From assembly GCA_013265495.1 (NCBI GenBank), contig MU058433.1, forward strand, positions 62,001 through 126,000: 64,000 bases of DNA, written 5' to 3'. Position numbers and translations under genes: made by a program. Below are positions 38,313-51,169 of the stretch, in pieces. Every line of letters begins with the position of its first letter. Position 1 is the first letter of the stretch. The notes beneath the pieces are model-generated. The model searched no databases and was not told where the DNA came from. It saw only the letters and a program-made list of their open reading frames with translations. The stretch comes from Vicugna vicugna (taxonomy: Eukaryota).

Positions 38313-41300
38313 ATGCTCCCAACTTGACCTCAACTTAATCCCTTTCTGTACTATTAGTTGTTCAATAGTCACCCTCTCCCCATCTCTATATCTTCCAGTT
38401 ACCCCTGTGCTATCCTCATCCAGGTTCCAATTATTTAGACATTCTACTCAAATCCTCCTTTGATTAACTTTTTTATAAATCCGTAGTAATACCCACCCCA
38501 CTTTCTTCCATATATTATTCAAATTAACTTCTGATCCCCCATTATCTCAAGAAAACCTAATTAGGAGCAATGTGATAACTTACCTGGAATCTACCATTTG
38601 AATAAGACTTTTTTCAGCCTCCACTTTCATTCTCTCCCTAATACGGTACCTAATCACTTGTATATAATTTTGACATTTAAATTTGCCAGTTTAACATCTT
38701 TCTCACAATGAGAACCCCTGAGATCTATCATGTCTAGAATTTCATAGTCCCCTGGGATGATATTTATTTTTTTATTGTCCGCTACACACATCTATAACTA
38801 GACATGTTTAAATACTCAGGTTCAGAGATGCTAACGCACAGCAGCATATGTAGGTGGACACATCTATTTATCACCAGCTTAAATATGAACATAAGCCTTT
38901 GAAAAAATTTTATCAAATAAGCCTGGGCTACTGTTACCTGTCCTAGACAAGAGTTGTCCTCAAAATATAAATAATTGTATGGTGGTAGAGTACTCTTTTC
39001 CATCCAAATATGCTTTGTATTTAAAAATTATAGTTATCATTAAAATAAGTCAAATACCTACTTGTATCTAATAGACATAGATTTATATATTCTTTAATAA
39101 AATGTTAAAGAAATGTAAGTGTGTAATTTGGTAACTTGCTCACTAATCATTATATTATTAACACCAGAGATTAGCCTAGCCTGTTGTCCTCTGAGATTCA
39201 GAAGAGCAATTCAACCCGAATTTTAGCCCAAGAACAATTCATCCTCAAAAACCTAGCTCACATCTCAACTCTGTCCTCTCCAGTACTCAGCCCACAGTGA
39301 AAAATTCATCTTTTAAGATTCTCCACTTCTTTTCATCTAAATCACTAATTTGTTGGGCCCTGAGAATATTTCTTCTTCTTTGATTAGAGATCTTTTTTCA
39401 TGTTTGTTCCCTTACATCCTGCCTAGAATGCATTCCTTGAGGAAAGAGTTCATTTTGAAAGGATTTTTATCTCTATTGCTCCAAAGCATAAGAACCTGCC
39501 CAAAGCAAATATGCAATACGTGTGAATGCGCATACAATTCTTATTTTAAAGTTTTTTTGACCTCACTTTTCTGCTCAATATTTATTCTTCTTTGAATGAG
39601 TTCTTCTCAGCCCTGAAATTCAGTGTCAGGTAGAGAAGAGACCAGTGCTAGGTGTCAGGAGATGCTGATTTAAACCTTGGATCTACTGCTTACTTAATTC
39701 AATGAGTTTGAGAGGTTGCATAATCCCAATGAATTTCATGTTCTACTCATCTGTAAAGAAGATGAGGATGATACAACATCATTTATCTATTACACAGTAA
39801 GCATTCAATGATTGTTCAGTTCATTTTTCTCTTTTTTCTTAATATTACTCAGTCTCACATTCAGTACATACCAGCTGTTTATCACTGGGAAATAGATTTA
39901 ATCTCGTAAAGTCTTGGCATCCTTCTCTTAAAAAAAAAAGATAATAACACTTACTTCAGAGGAGTTTTGATTATTGAGATTAGCTAAGTATAACAAAATA
40001 AATAACTGGTGTTTTAATGGACATTTTGTTGTCATCACGTTTCACTATTATAAAAAAGGTGGAATCCATTCAGGAATATATTCAATCTACTTAGTGCACC
40101 TCTGGGAGAACTATATTTCTATAGGTTAAATGCCTAAAAGTAGAACACTTAGATCAAAGATCATGCATGCTTGGAATTTTGATAAATTATTATGTTTTTC
40201 TCTATTTCAAGATAAAAACTTTCATCTGATCTTATTTGATTTTTAAATAAAAATTTTACATGTGCTATTAGTAAAGAATTAAAATTGAAAAGTGGAAAGC
40301 AAAGCTTCCCTGATGTTCTTTCCACAACAGTAACATGTTCTTGTTCAGCATCAAAAGGAGAATGTGACCTTTTTCATGTAAGAACACCTTCATGTGGGAG
40401 AGAAATACCACAGGGGGTAGATTAAGAGCTGAGAACCTGAGAGGAAGATCGAACAAGGAAGGTGTGATTTTGCAGGTATAACATAGTGTATAGAAGAAAG
40501 TATCTTTTCATTGAGTCCCTTCATCTCAGCCCTCCCCTAACATTATCTGAAGAGTTATTTTCATTTATTCCTGAGAATGACCAAATGAATGATGGCTTTA
40601 CCACTTCAATTTGAGAGATTTTGAAAGAACAGGAAGAAGAAAAAGCTGGAACATTTCCTCCCCTATCCCACTTGCATTTTTTCAAAGCCTCATGGCCCTC
40701 AATCTCATTGTTTCAAACGTTAGCCCTAGAACAAACATCAAAAGATTTCAGCTAATTTTTTTTCAATTTTTAAAAATTTTTTAATTGCCAGTTATCACAG
40801 CCTACTGATGGTCACCACTCTTTCTTTATGTATGCTAGTTTTATGAATGAGAAACCTTTTTAAAAATCTTTTTTTGACTTTCTATGTCCATGCCAATTAC
40901 TATTTGAATTAAACAAACCTAGGGTGTCTGTTTCATCTTAGCAAACTTTTCGTAAATACTTCTACCTCGCCTCATATTCTTCCTCTTGGTCCTTTACCTC
41001 CCAGTGTGAATAACCCTGAGTAAGTTGAGAGACTTAAAATGCAGGACCGCCATGGGAGTGAGAGACTGAGGAAGGATGAAGATGAAAGACATGTTCATTT
41101 TTGGAGAAGTGATGAGTAGAATTGAAGTTCAGAATAAGCAAGGAACATTTACATCAGTATTGAAGTTATCAAGAATCTTGGTAAGATTCTTGAGACTTAT
41201 GGAGGGAGAGAAAGGGAGAGAGACAGACAGACAGAAGCAGACACTACCTGGGAAAGAAGACGAATAGCCAGGGATGAGCCAATGGGAGATAACTGGAATA

Positions 41301-42974
41301 TGGGGGACTAGTGAGAGGTGTAGTATAATAAAGTGATGTAAAGATACTAGGGTTTTATATTTTAATTGAAGGGAGGGGATCAGTGGGAAGGTGCAGGGAT
41401 GACAATTAACCCCACCTCCAGGCCAGGAGATCTGAGAAGTGTGGGAAAGAGTGAATAAATGTACTCTAGAGAGCCAGGTTTCAGTTAGCCAAGAAAGTAA
41501 TAAGAATATTCCAAGACAACATTGATAATATAGGGGATTTTGCTATGGCTGACTATAAGTCCTAGATTATCCAGTAAAGGATTTCAAAAATTGGAGAAGG
41601 GTGGTATATGGAAGCAAAACTAGGGTATCCAGAGCCTATAGAGATGAGGATCTGAGTGATGACCTTGAATCATGAGCTTTCCGCATCTGGCATAACAGGA
41701 ATAAAATGTAATGCCATTGCTCCTAATGGTCTCAAAGCAGTGAGTGGTGGTGAGTGTTATGAGGAGGAACGTGTGAGAATGGGAGATGTAGAGGCTGGGG
41801 AGGTGCTGATCTTCTCTGGAGCAGGGGAGATCTTTTTTGATTCCTCGGGCATCACCCCAACATTCCATGCTCCTTTTGAACAAGATGGACTTCACCTATT
41901 CTCCACAAGGTAGTCAAGTTTTCCCATGCTCTTTTCTGCCTTCAATACTCAATTTTAGACTCTAGAATTTTTAAGTGCTTACAAAAAATATATGGATCCC
42001 AGAAACAATATGGACTTAGTAACATTAATATAGGCGGGAGGGAGCAAGCAATAAAACCGAAATTAGTCACTGCTTCACTCACTCTTAACCACACTTCAAT
42101 TATGCTTCGATTCCATTCTCCTAGTTAATTATTTTTAATATGTGGGATGTAGGCATGTTTTCTTTGTTTTAAACTGTGGAGGAAAAGAAACGATCACCGA
42201 GGCTGGGACCTCAATATCACCATCTACTGGCTTCCGTTGTTATTTCAAAGCCCTTTGTCACTGCTGTTCTTTAGAACCCTGACACAGTTCTTCCTAACTT
42301 AGGAGGCACATTTCTTTCTCTTCCTGCTTTCTGATTGGTGCTGTAGTGTTCTGGACTTGGAATGACTGAATGTATTTAAATTCGGCTCTGTAGGAGATTT
42401 TCTGGCCTCTCCTGTCCCTTCAAGATACTTCCCACTTCCAGAAGCTTTCCTTACTTTCTGTCTTTCTCAGCATTTGCAGGTAGAGGCAAGTGAAGACAGG
42501 CAGCCTTCACCATCCCTTCAGAGAGTTTCACCTCCCCTGCCAGACTTCAGTAGTTGGCTGGTGTTGGGTGGAGAAATGTAGGAAACTTTGCAGGTTTAAT
42601 GTGTGATCCAAGCTTGGGGAGAAAGCACAGAAAAGCTTCATGAAGAGAACACCAATTATTCATAAATTCACTCTCTTCTATCCACACTCAGTAGCACCTA
42701 GTCGAACACTTTCTCCTCCATACTACAGCAATAGCTAGACATTTACTCCTCTGGATTTAGGCACTTTTTGTCACCTCCAGGCCTCTTCAGCCTGCTCAAT
42801 GCTGCCAGGTGATCTTTTCTTAGATAACATTTAGATATTCAGAACATGTCATTCTCCACCACCTGCCCCTTCCTATCTTCCTGTCTGTCTCTGTCTCTCT
42901 CTCTCTCAAACATACACACACACACACACACACACACCTACCTCATTAAAACTCCTTAGTGGTTTCCCAGCAAT

Positions 42975-43928
42975 GTCAAAACAATTCAACAGGGAAAGAA
43001 TATGGTCCTGGAGCAAAAGAATACACACATGCAAAAGAATAAGACTGAAATTCTATCTCACACAATAAAAATAAACTTAGATCATAGACCTAAGTGTAAG
43101 AGTTAAACTATAAAACTTTTAGAAAAAAATATGGGAGTAAATCTTTATGCCTTTGGATTAGGCAAGGCCTTCATAGATACAACATCAAAAATACAAATAA
43201 CAAAAAGATTGAATTTCATCACAATTAAAAACTTGTTCTTCAAAGGATGCTGTTTAGAAAATGAAAAGACAACTCATACAACGGGAGAAGATATTTACAA
43301 ATAACAGAACTTGTAAAGGACTTATATCTAAAATATATAAAGATCTCTTAATTAATAAGAAAAAGACAAATTAAAATTTAATTACCCAATTAAAACTGGG
43401 TAAAAATTTTGAACAGACATTTCTCAAAAACAGATATGCAAATGGATAATAAATTATATGAAAAGATGCTAAAGAGACATGCAAATTAAAATATTGATGA
43501 GATACCAATTTACTCTCAATAAGATAACTATAATAGAAAAGATACATAATGACAAGTATTGGTAAAGATGTGGAGAAATTGAACCCTTCTTTACTGCTGG
43601 TGGGAATGCAAAATAGTATAATTACTGTGGAAAACAGTCTGGAATATCCCCCCAAAAAGTAAATACATAATCCAGTAATTCTATTCTTGGGCAAGAGAAA
43701 TAAAGACCATGTTTCCAAAAAAAAAACAAAAACCCAACAAAAAAACAACTTGTACAAGAGAATTCATAGCCGCATTATTCGAAATAGCCAAACAGTAAAA
43801 ATCCAAATGTCTAAAAACTGATGCGTGGATAAGCAAAATGCCGAAAATCCATACAGTTGAGTATTATTCAGCCATCAAAGGAATAAAATACTCAGGTTAC
43901 AACATAGATGAAACCTGAAAATATGCTA
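42975..43928 (+). mobile_element. Old LINE-1 ORF2-end/3'UTR fragment
   Basis: GATCATAGACCTAAGTGTAAGAG, AACAGACATTTCTCAAAA, GGTAAAGATGTGGAGAAATTGAACCC and TATTATTCAGCCATCAAAGGAAT. Confidence 0.85.
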
Positions 43929-44158
43929 CATCACCCAGCTCTCTCTTCAAATTTTTATCTGGACACCCTCCTCCCTCCACTCACCTTCCAGACCAGGTCA
44001 GTTTGCTTGGGACCGGAAGTTCAGCCTTCCTTTTCTTGTCAGAGTTGCTGTGCTATTGACACCCTTAAGTTACAGTTCCTGGGGCTTTATAAGCTTTGTA
44101 TGTATTCCTAAGGCCATAAGAACAAACTTTTACAGTCTTGCAGTTTACACAGGTTAAA

Positions 44159-44187
44159 ATTACAGGTGTCATTTTGACACCTGTAAT
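44159..44187. repeat. Perfect inverted repeat, 13-bp arms with a 3-nt spacer
   Basis: ATTACAGGTGTCA-TTT-TGACACCTGTAAT. Confidence 0.95.
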
Positions 44188-44399
44188 ATTTAAATTACAT
44201 TCGTAATTTTAGACTAATGAAGTTTAACGATCTTTTTGCAAAACATGCCATTGTGATGCCAAGCGGTTATCTTTACTCACTCGTATAACTTCAGATACCT
44301 TCATTCGGACGTTTTAACTGATAGTTTAACGTGGAGTACAAATGTGTATTCTCAGTATTATTGACACCGACATGAGTTCTGAAAGCTAAAGCGAAGACG

Positions 44400-45370
44400 A
44401 TTTACACGCGCCCTCCCTGGCCTTCAGGGGCTCCCCAGGGCCTCAGAACTTGCCGCTCATCAGGTAGGCGGAACAGCTCCCCGGCAGCTGGGTGGGCCCG
44501 GCGACCACACCCCGGAGCGCAGGACCCTGCGCGGCGCGGGACCAACCGGCCCTATGCGCATCCTCTCCTCCCCCCTCGCCCCGCCCCTTTGCCACGAGTC
44601 TGTCCGCTCTGCTGGACGCGGCATTAGCTGTAAATCCTCGGCTCTGACCCAGGCCGCACATTCCAGGTTGGTGAGCGAATCCATTTTCTGGCCCGCCACC
44701 GCTGTCCCCACTAGTACTGAGAGTCTGACCCGCCCTCCAGGTGCGTTGTGGGGTTCGCGGGCGGAGGCAGAGTGCGGGGGACCTCTGCACTTTTGAGTTG
44801 ACTCCAATTCGGGAAGGGAGCATGAAAGAGGCACCTTTGGAACTGGGTACTTTGGGTAGGTAGTGATAATTAAAGTAGTGCCTAGTGATCATTACACCCC
44901 GATTCTAGGAGGTATAGGATGTAGGGGAGGCAGCCCTGAAAGTTCTGTGAGGGAAGTCCCGGCCGACCCTGGGACTGGCGTGGATCCGGAGGTCAGCAGC
45001 CCTTCCCCCACCCCAGCCGCTCTGCTCCAGGAAGTGAGCACCGTTTATCCCCTCACCCATCCCCAGGAGGCCCTGACTCCTCCCAGAGGGAGTTGGGAGA
45101 GGAGCCTTCCGCACCCAGCCCGGCGTGCGGGGTCTGTGCAAAGGCCAGGCTGGCTCCCCAGAGTCCTGCATTTCGCCGAAGGGAGCCGGGCCGTTCGCGG
45201 TTGAGTTGGGATAAAAAAGACCAAAGGAGTGGGCGCCCTCTGTTCCTCAGAATCTTTTTAAAACTCCTTGGTTTGCCCAGAAGAGCCTTGACCACCTGGA
45301 GGCTCGCATCTGGGGCCTCGATGTGCCTGTCACCGGGAGCTGTCTGCCATCTATGACGGGGCGGGCCACT
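44400..45370 (+). promoter_or_regulatory. TRIM6: CpG island / TRIM6 promoter
   Basis: The densest CpG- and GC-rich stretch in the window, with a GC box CCCCGCCCC near 44579-44587. It lies about 6 kb upstream of the first TRIM6 coding exon. Boundaries judged by eye. Confidence 0.8.
44590..44670 (+). other. TRIM6: Putative non-coding exon 1 of TRIM6 (start approximate)
   Basis: Donor TTG|GTGAGC at 44670/44671, just downstream of the GC box in the CpG island. Inferred, with no transcript evidence. Confidence 0.5.
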
Positions 45371-45536
45371 TACTGTCACTCCTGGGAGAAGTGACCAGGC
45401 AGTGAAAGAAATGTTGTCCCTTCCCTTTTGGAGCTTATAATACAGGTAATTCATCTTTATTTTTCTTTCATCCTCGCCGTGAATGAGCTCAGCGAGATTA
45501 GGGTCATCATTTAATCTATCAATTAATGAAGACAGA

Positions 45537-45786
45537 AATGCGTGGTTAAGAGCCTGGGTGCTGCGGCGGGAGGGTCTGTATTCAAAATCCGCCTCTGACA
45601 CTTAGATGCAGGCTGTGTGCCCCCAACCTGTTGCCTGACCTCTTTGAGGTTCAATTTCTTCCATCCATAAAATGGACAGAGTAATACTTATATTCTAGAG
45701 TTTGGGTGAGGATTATGTGAGACAGAGGTTTAAAAACAGGAGAGTGCGTGAACAATCGTAAATACTCAAAATATTAAGTTATTATT
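45537..45786 (+). mobile_element. MIR SINE, near full length
   Basis: GTGGTTAAGAGC...TTCAATTTCTTCCATCCATAAAATGGACAGAGTAATAC...GTGAGGATTATGTGAGA...AAATACTCAAAATATTAAG. Confidence 0.75.
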
Positions 45787-47368
45787 GACGATCTCAATGC
45801 CTTGCTTTAAACAAATACAAACTAAAATAATTTTTGAAAGAACAGGGAATAAAATATGTAAAAATGCACTAAGATAAAGGAGAATATGATTACTTCCGAC
45901 ATCTAAATAAGTTAAAATACAGCATAGTTTAAAAAATTAGGAATTACATAAAAAATGAGTCTGTCATGTGTGCGCCACAGCATGCTTTAGTTTGATTAAT
46001 TCAGTGTTTCCGATTAATGACCCCTGAGATGATTTTTGGTGTTATATGAATAAACTTCCAAAATGTTTAGTTGCCTATTTGAATTGGATGTAAACTAGAA
46101 AAATATACCCACACCTCAAATTCATGATTTGACAGGGTTTTATTGCTTAGACTGAGACAGGGTAAATATTAAAGGTTTTTAAGGTATCACTTTAAAGAAA
46201 ATATTAAATATGGAATATGGAAAAAATCAGAAATTACAAGTGAGATATCACAAATGCAGAAAAAATAAGAAGTGTATTATCTATCCTATAAAATCCTTAG
46301 TTAATGGATTATGTAACACAGAGAGAAGAACCCCTGTGTAGGACCATATTTTAAGAATTCGCAGTTATTAAATCATTGTAAGTTTTGAATGCGTGAGGCA
46401 GTGATTTTTTTGAAGTTTGAAAAAAAAATGAAACTGTGTTCCAATTCAAATATTTACTGAGTGCTTCTTGTTTTTAATCAACTCCAGAAAATTGGTTAAA
46501 GTGGAATAGAACCCTACAAAAGGGTAAAAAATATAATTTCCTCAGCACAATCCCATCTCATTTATGAATGCAGTTGCTACCTGTTTAGACTTTTACTCCA
46601 TTTACACCAGAACGCAGAGATGGGGTGCAGTCCTGCCTATCTTATTTCTAGCTTTCATTCTGAGCCCCCAGCCTGGATCAGTGTTAGGTATCCGCTACCG
46701 AGTCACTGACATTTATACTGAAAGCCATTTTAATATTGAAATGTGGGCTTCCATTCTCATAGGAGCTTCAGATCTAAATATCAGTCCATTCTCTGGCCCT
46801 CCCCAGCCACCCTCACCTCTTTCTGTTTTGCATCCTAAGTTTTATTCACCTGGGAAGAAGGCGCCCTCACTGAAAGCAGTGTTTCTGAAACCTTAATATG
46901 CAGATGAACCGCCAGAGATCTTATTAAAGTGCAGATACAGAATCGGTCTCCGTGAGGCCCGGAGGAGTTCCACTGGTGCCGGCGTGGCTAGTTAGATTGC
47001 CTGACCTCCTGCTCCCGCTTGGATTTAACTGGTCTTGAATTTGGCCTCTTTCATTTGCTAATTTGACCCACAGGGCCCGTCCCCTCAGGCTCTGGGATCT
47101 GCACTCTCACAGCCGGACTGTCTCTGCCCACCCACACTGCTCTTGAGGCGGGGCCGGAGTTGGGTTCTGCTCTCTCAGAGCGGCTCCCCAATCAGCTCCT
47201 CAATCCACTATTCTCCGTGGCTTGTGGCTCACCCCAGTCTGAGGCATCTTTCCTTTCTCATCACGTTCTTTGTCTTCATCTGAAGAAACAACCCGTTAAT
47301 GGTAGCTGAAAATTTTTCTCAGCTTGCTTTCTCCTGATGGAAAGTAGGCAGCCCAGAGGCCTTTGTAC

Positions 47369-47563
47369 TGTCCACAAAAAATCAGTCAATCTAAGCAAAA
47401 AATGGAAAATTTTATTTGAGCCAAATTTGAGGATCATAACCCAGGAAGAACACCTTAGAAAACTGAGTTCCACCCATTAGAAATCAAGGCATGGTTATAA
47501 GTTTTTTGATCTAGAAGGCTGTACATCAAATGATGTATTGTTGACAGTTTACATAATCCAGAT
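47369..47563 (-). mobile_element. LTR 3' fragment (ERV-type), same family as the 4562-4706 insert
   Basis: Reverse complement has CAAATTTGGCTCAAATAAAATTTTCCATTTTTTGCTTAGATTGACTGATTTTTTGTGGACA, a poly(A) signal followed by a U5-like end in CA. Confidence 0.65.
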
Positions 47564-47798
47564 CTCCCGTGTCCTCTGGGCTGCACACCAGTGGTCAAGG
47601 GCTCGCTGGCATGTGGGCAGGGGTTACCCAAACCCTTTCCAGCTGAATTTTAGCTGACATTATGCGCCCCTCCTTCCTTTCCCCAACCTCAACTTTACCC
47701 TTTGACAAGAGACATCAACTCTTCTATGATCTTTTCTGTTCAAGAATCTTCCTCTGCCTTGAATAGCTCATATAGAACATTAGATGGAAAAGAAATAC

Positions 47799-48228
47799 AG
47801 AAATATAATAGGGCCACATATATAATTTTAAATTTTCTAATGCCCTCATTAGAAAGTTAGAAGAAACAGGTGAAATTTATTTTAATATATTTAACTCCAT
47901 GCTTCCAAAATATATTTAGAACATGTAATCAATGTAAAAAATCTGTTAATGAAATATTTTAGATTATTTTTGCTTACCAAACCTTTGAAATCCAATGTGT
48001 ATTTCATATTTAAAACATCTCCTTTCTGGAGAGGGTATAGCTCAGCAGTAGAGTGCCTGCTTAGCATGCATGAGGTCCTGGGTTCAATCCCCAGTACCTC
48101 CATTAATAAATTCATAAACCTAGTTACCTCCTCCTAAAAATTAAAAAAAAAAAATTAAAACATCTCCTTTCTGACTAGCCACATTTCAAGTGCTCAAATG
48201 GTGTGGCTACCATATATTGACAACACAG
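47799..48228 (+). mobile_element. MER33-like hAT DNA transposon interrupted by a SINE
   Basis: AGAAATATAATAGGGCCACATATATAATTTTAAATTTTCTA...GAAACAGGTGAAATT...GACTAGCCACATTTCAAGTGCTCAA...GGCTACCATATATTGACAACACAG. Confidence 0.8.
48029..48154 (+). mobile_element. tRNA-derived SINE (Vic-1-like)
   Basis: A and B boxes, A-rich tail, perfect 19-bp flanking repeat TTAAAACATCTCCTTTCTG at 48010-48028 and 48155-48173. Confidence 0.92.
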
Positions 48229-48875
48229 TTCTAATTTGTATTGAGAAGATCAGAAAGTCAAGCCTTCAGTTTTTCTCACTGTATGTCTTCTGTTTTCGTT
48301 AACTCTAATGAATTATAATTCACATCTAATAAGTTAGCAATTTTGAGCATACAATTCCGTGAGTTTTGACATGTATATGGTTGTGTAACCACCGGCACAG
48401 TCATGATATATAAAGGACATTTCCATCACTCTCCCCAATTTTTTTTTGCAATTCATCCCTTTCTCACAGCTCTGGGCCCTGGCATCCACTAATCTGATTT
48501 CAGATAGTAGAGTTCTGTCTTTTCTAGGATTTCATATAAGTGGAATCATACAGTAACTTATTCTTGCTGTCTAGCTTCTTTCACTTCGTATAAGGCTTTT
48601 GAGATTTCTGTTGTATTTATCAGTATTTCCATTTTATTGTTTGGTGATATGCCATTATTTGCATATACCACAGTTTGTTTATTTACCAGTTAATGGTTTT
48701 ATGAATTATTTCCAGTTTTTAGCTACTTCATTGCATTTATGAAGCAGAAACTCTCCCCCAAGAGAGTCATGTATATCAAGTACACATTTACCCGAAATAA
48801 ATGTGTGAATATGTGTATGTTGTAGGAGATGGAATGGACCTTCAGTTAAAATAGTAAATGTTGTATCACCAAAAA

Positions 48876-49278
48876 TTTTTTATTAAGATGTTATTTTTTT
48901 TAGAACAGTTTTAAGTTCCCGGCAAAACTGAGGGGAAGGTGCAGAGATTTTTTATGTATACCCTCTGCCCTCACACATGCGTAGATTCTCAGTTATCACC
49001 AACTGCCACCACAGTGGTACATTTGTTACAGTTGATGTACCTACATTGGCACGCTGTAATCACCCAAAGTCCATAGTTTACTTTATGGCTCAGTCTTGGT
49101 GTTGTACCTTCTATGGATTTGGACAAGTACATGAGGACATACATCACTGTATGATTCCAACTACATGATATTCCAGAAAAGGCAAAACTATAGAGACAAT
49201 AAAATTATCAGTGGTTACCAGGGGTTGGGGTGTGAGTATGAATAGTTAGAGCACAGAGGACTTTTAGGGCAGTGTAAC
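48876..49278 (-). mobile_element. L1MC-type 3' end with an inverted 5' segment
   Basis: 48876-49145 is the terminal L1MC 3'UTR on the minus strand. 49146-49278 is the adjacent upstream 3'UTR segment on the plus strand. Confidence 0.7.
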
Positions 49279-50746
49279 CTTTTTGGAACCTCTAGTGTTT
49301 GGGACTTTCTGCAACTTAATGGTTAGTTTCCGCAAAGCAAATCATACACCTCGGTTTAACCACATCCCTTCCCTACTGCTGCCGAGCTAACAGACCTTGT
49401 GTTCTTAAATTACATCCACACTGATGGTGTTGTACATCAGTGCACATCTGCCTTTGCTGGGGGACCAGACAGAAAAAATTACAGTGTCACACCTGCCCTC
49501 AGCCACACTGTACAGGTGCATCCTGTCCATGAGGGTCACAGCCAGGGTCAGGGATAAGTCAGTGTTTCTGTCGACTGGCTGGCTCGTCTTTGGTGGTCCA
49601 GACTAGACTTCATCTGGGCAAGCAGAGCAAATGGCTTCCAATGAGAGTGATTCAATGCTTGAATAGTAAAAATAATTAAGTAGGTAAGTAATTTAGAATG
49701 TCTTTTAAAAGTTACGTGATTGAAGACAACAGCAATATGATTTAATGACTGAAAGCTTTCAAGAATGAGAACAAAGATGTTTTTCCAGGAAGACATTTAT
49801 TTTGATTCAGCACAGACAAAAAAGTTAAAAGTCAGGGTAAGTTCCAGCATCCTTAGTTGTCTTGTTACAGAAGCTACTAGCTTTCATAACTGACCCTTGC
49901 ACCAGGTGCACAGAAACTGCTGGGTCAGGTCCAGCGTTCTCACGTTGACCTTAAGTGCCATCCTGTTAAATCTTGTTATGAACTGAGATAGTGGATTTTT
50001 CTCCTGGGTCTAAAATAGGTAAGAAGATAGGAAAGGGTGTGAGAAAGTGATGTGTTCATTCCTGTAACAAGACTTACGTAGCACTATCCTCCTGCCAGAC
50101 ACTGTTCTGTTCCTATTCCCAGCAAAAGTGTTGAAGAGGCTCTTTCCCTCCTGGTAAGAGGGCAGAGCACTGAAGGATGGAAGAGCAGTGACAGTAGAAG
50201 TGTAGTGGCAGCTTGTTTTTATTGAGACTCTTCTACACATTGGCTCCGGTGATTTATCATAGCGAGGGAGGAATTGACTTCAGCGGTACACAGATTAAAC
50301 CACATCTCTCAGCCTGCTGGTCCCCTCCTTCCTAAAGCTCTCCCTCAGTCACCCCGAGGCTCCTCCTCCAGCCCGCCTCTGCCTCACTCCTGGCAGCACA
50401 GCCCCAGGACTGGGGCTGCTTCCCCCTTCCCCAGCAGCATGAAGTTGGACAAGAGGGCACTGACTGCAGTAACACAGACCTGGTCCGAGTCCTGGATTTA
50501 TCTGTCTCATTCTGGAGCACTGAGTATTTCCTGATGACACCTCCTGGGAGCGGGGGCAAAGAACATTCTGAAGTTAGAATGTGAAGCCCTTGTTACCCCA
50601 GGTGTCTGACCTCTTTATCCAGAACAGTCAGCTTCCCTCCTTTCTTACCCTGAGCCCTTTTTCTTGCCTGTCTGCCCAGGATCCTATACGCAAGAAGCAC
50701 CTTGGAAGTCAGGACTGGGCAGGCAGGAGCCAGGAGCGTGGCTGCA

Positions 50747-51169
50747 ATGACTTCAGGAATCCTGGTGGACATCCAAGATGAAGTGACCTGCCCAATCTGC
50801 CTGGAGCTCCTGACAGAACCCCTGAGCATAGACTGTGGCCACAGCTTCTGCCAAGACTGCATCATAGGGAGTAGCCAGGAGCTGGGCTTCTGCCAAGAAG
50901 AGGAGAGCAGCTGTCCCGTGTGCCAGACCAGCTACTGGCCTGGGAACCTGCGGCCCAATCGGCACCTGGCCAACATAGCAGAGAGGCTCAGAGAGGTGGT
51001 GCTGGGCTCGGGGAAGCAACTGCAGGTGACTCTATGTGTACACCATGGAGAGAAACTCCAGCTCTTCTGTAAGGAGGATGGGAAGCTCATTTGCTGGCTT
51101 TGCGAGCGGTCCCAGGAGCACTGTGGTCACCACACATTCCTCGTGGAGGAGGTTGCCCAGGAGTACCAG
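50747..51169 (+). CDS. TRIM6: TRIM6 coding exon 1 (RING + B-box2); exon acceptor at 50679/50680
   Basis: [38 protein letters not shown]...CPVC, then B-box [32 protein letters not shown]. 423 nt, donor GTGTGA at 51170. Confidence 0.95.

Noticed and set aside
38748..38757. Perfect EBF/O-E site TCCCCTGGGA (similar site at 3680-3689)
   Set aside because: Isolated 10-mers downstream of OR coding regions with no supporting promoter context; compatible with chance.
44381..44397. ISRE-like GAAAGCTAAAGCGAAG near the TRIM6 promoter
   Set aside because: Too degenerate; it lacks a second intact GAAA core.
44443..45601. Longer ORFs (113-182 aa) in the CpG island
   Set aside because: Expected from low stop-codon density in GC-rich DNA; the 182-aa ORF starts inside a MIR; no domains.
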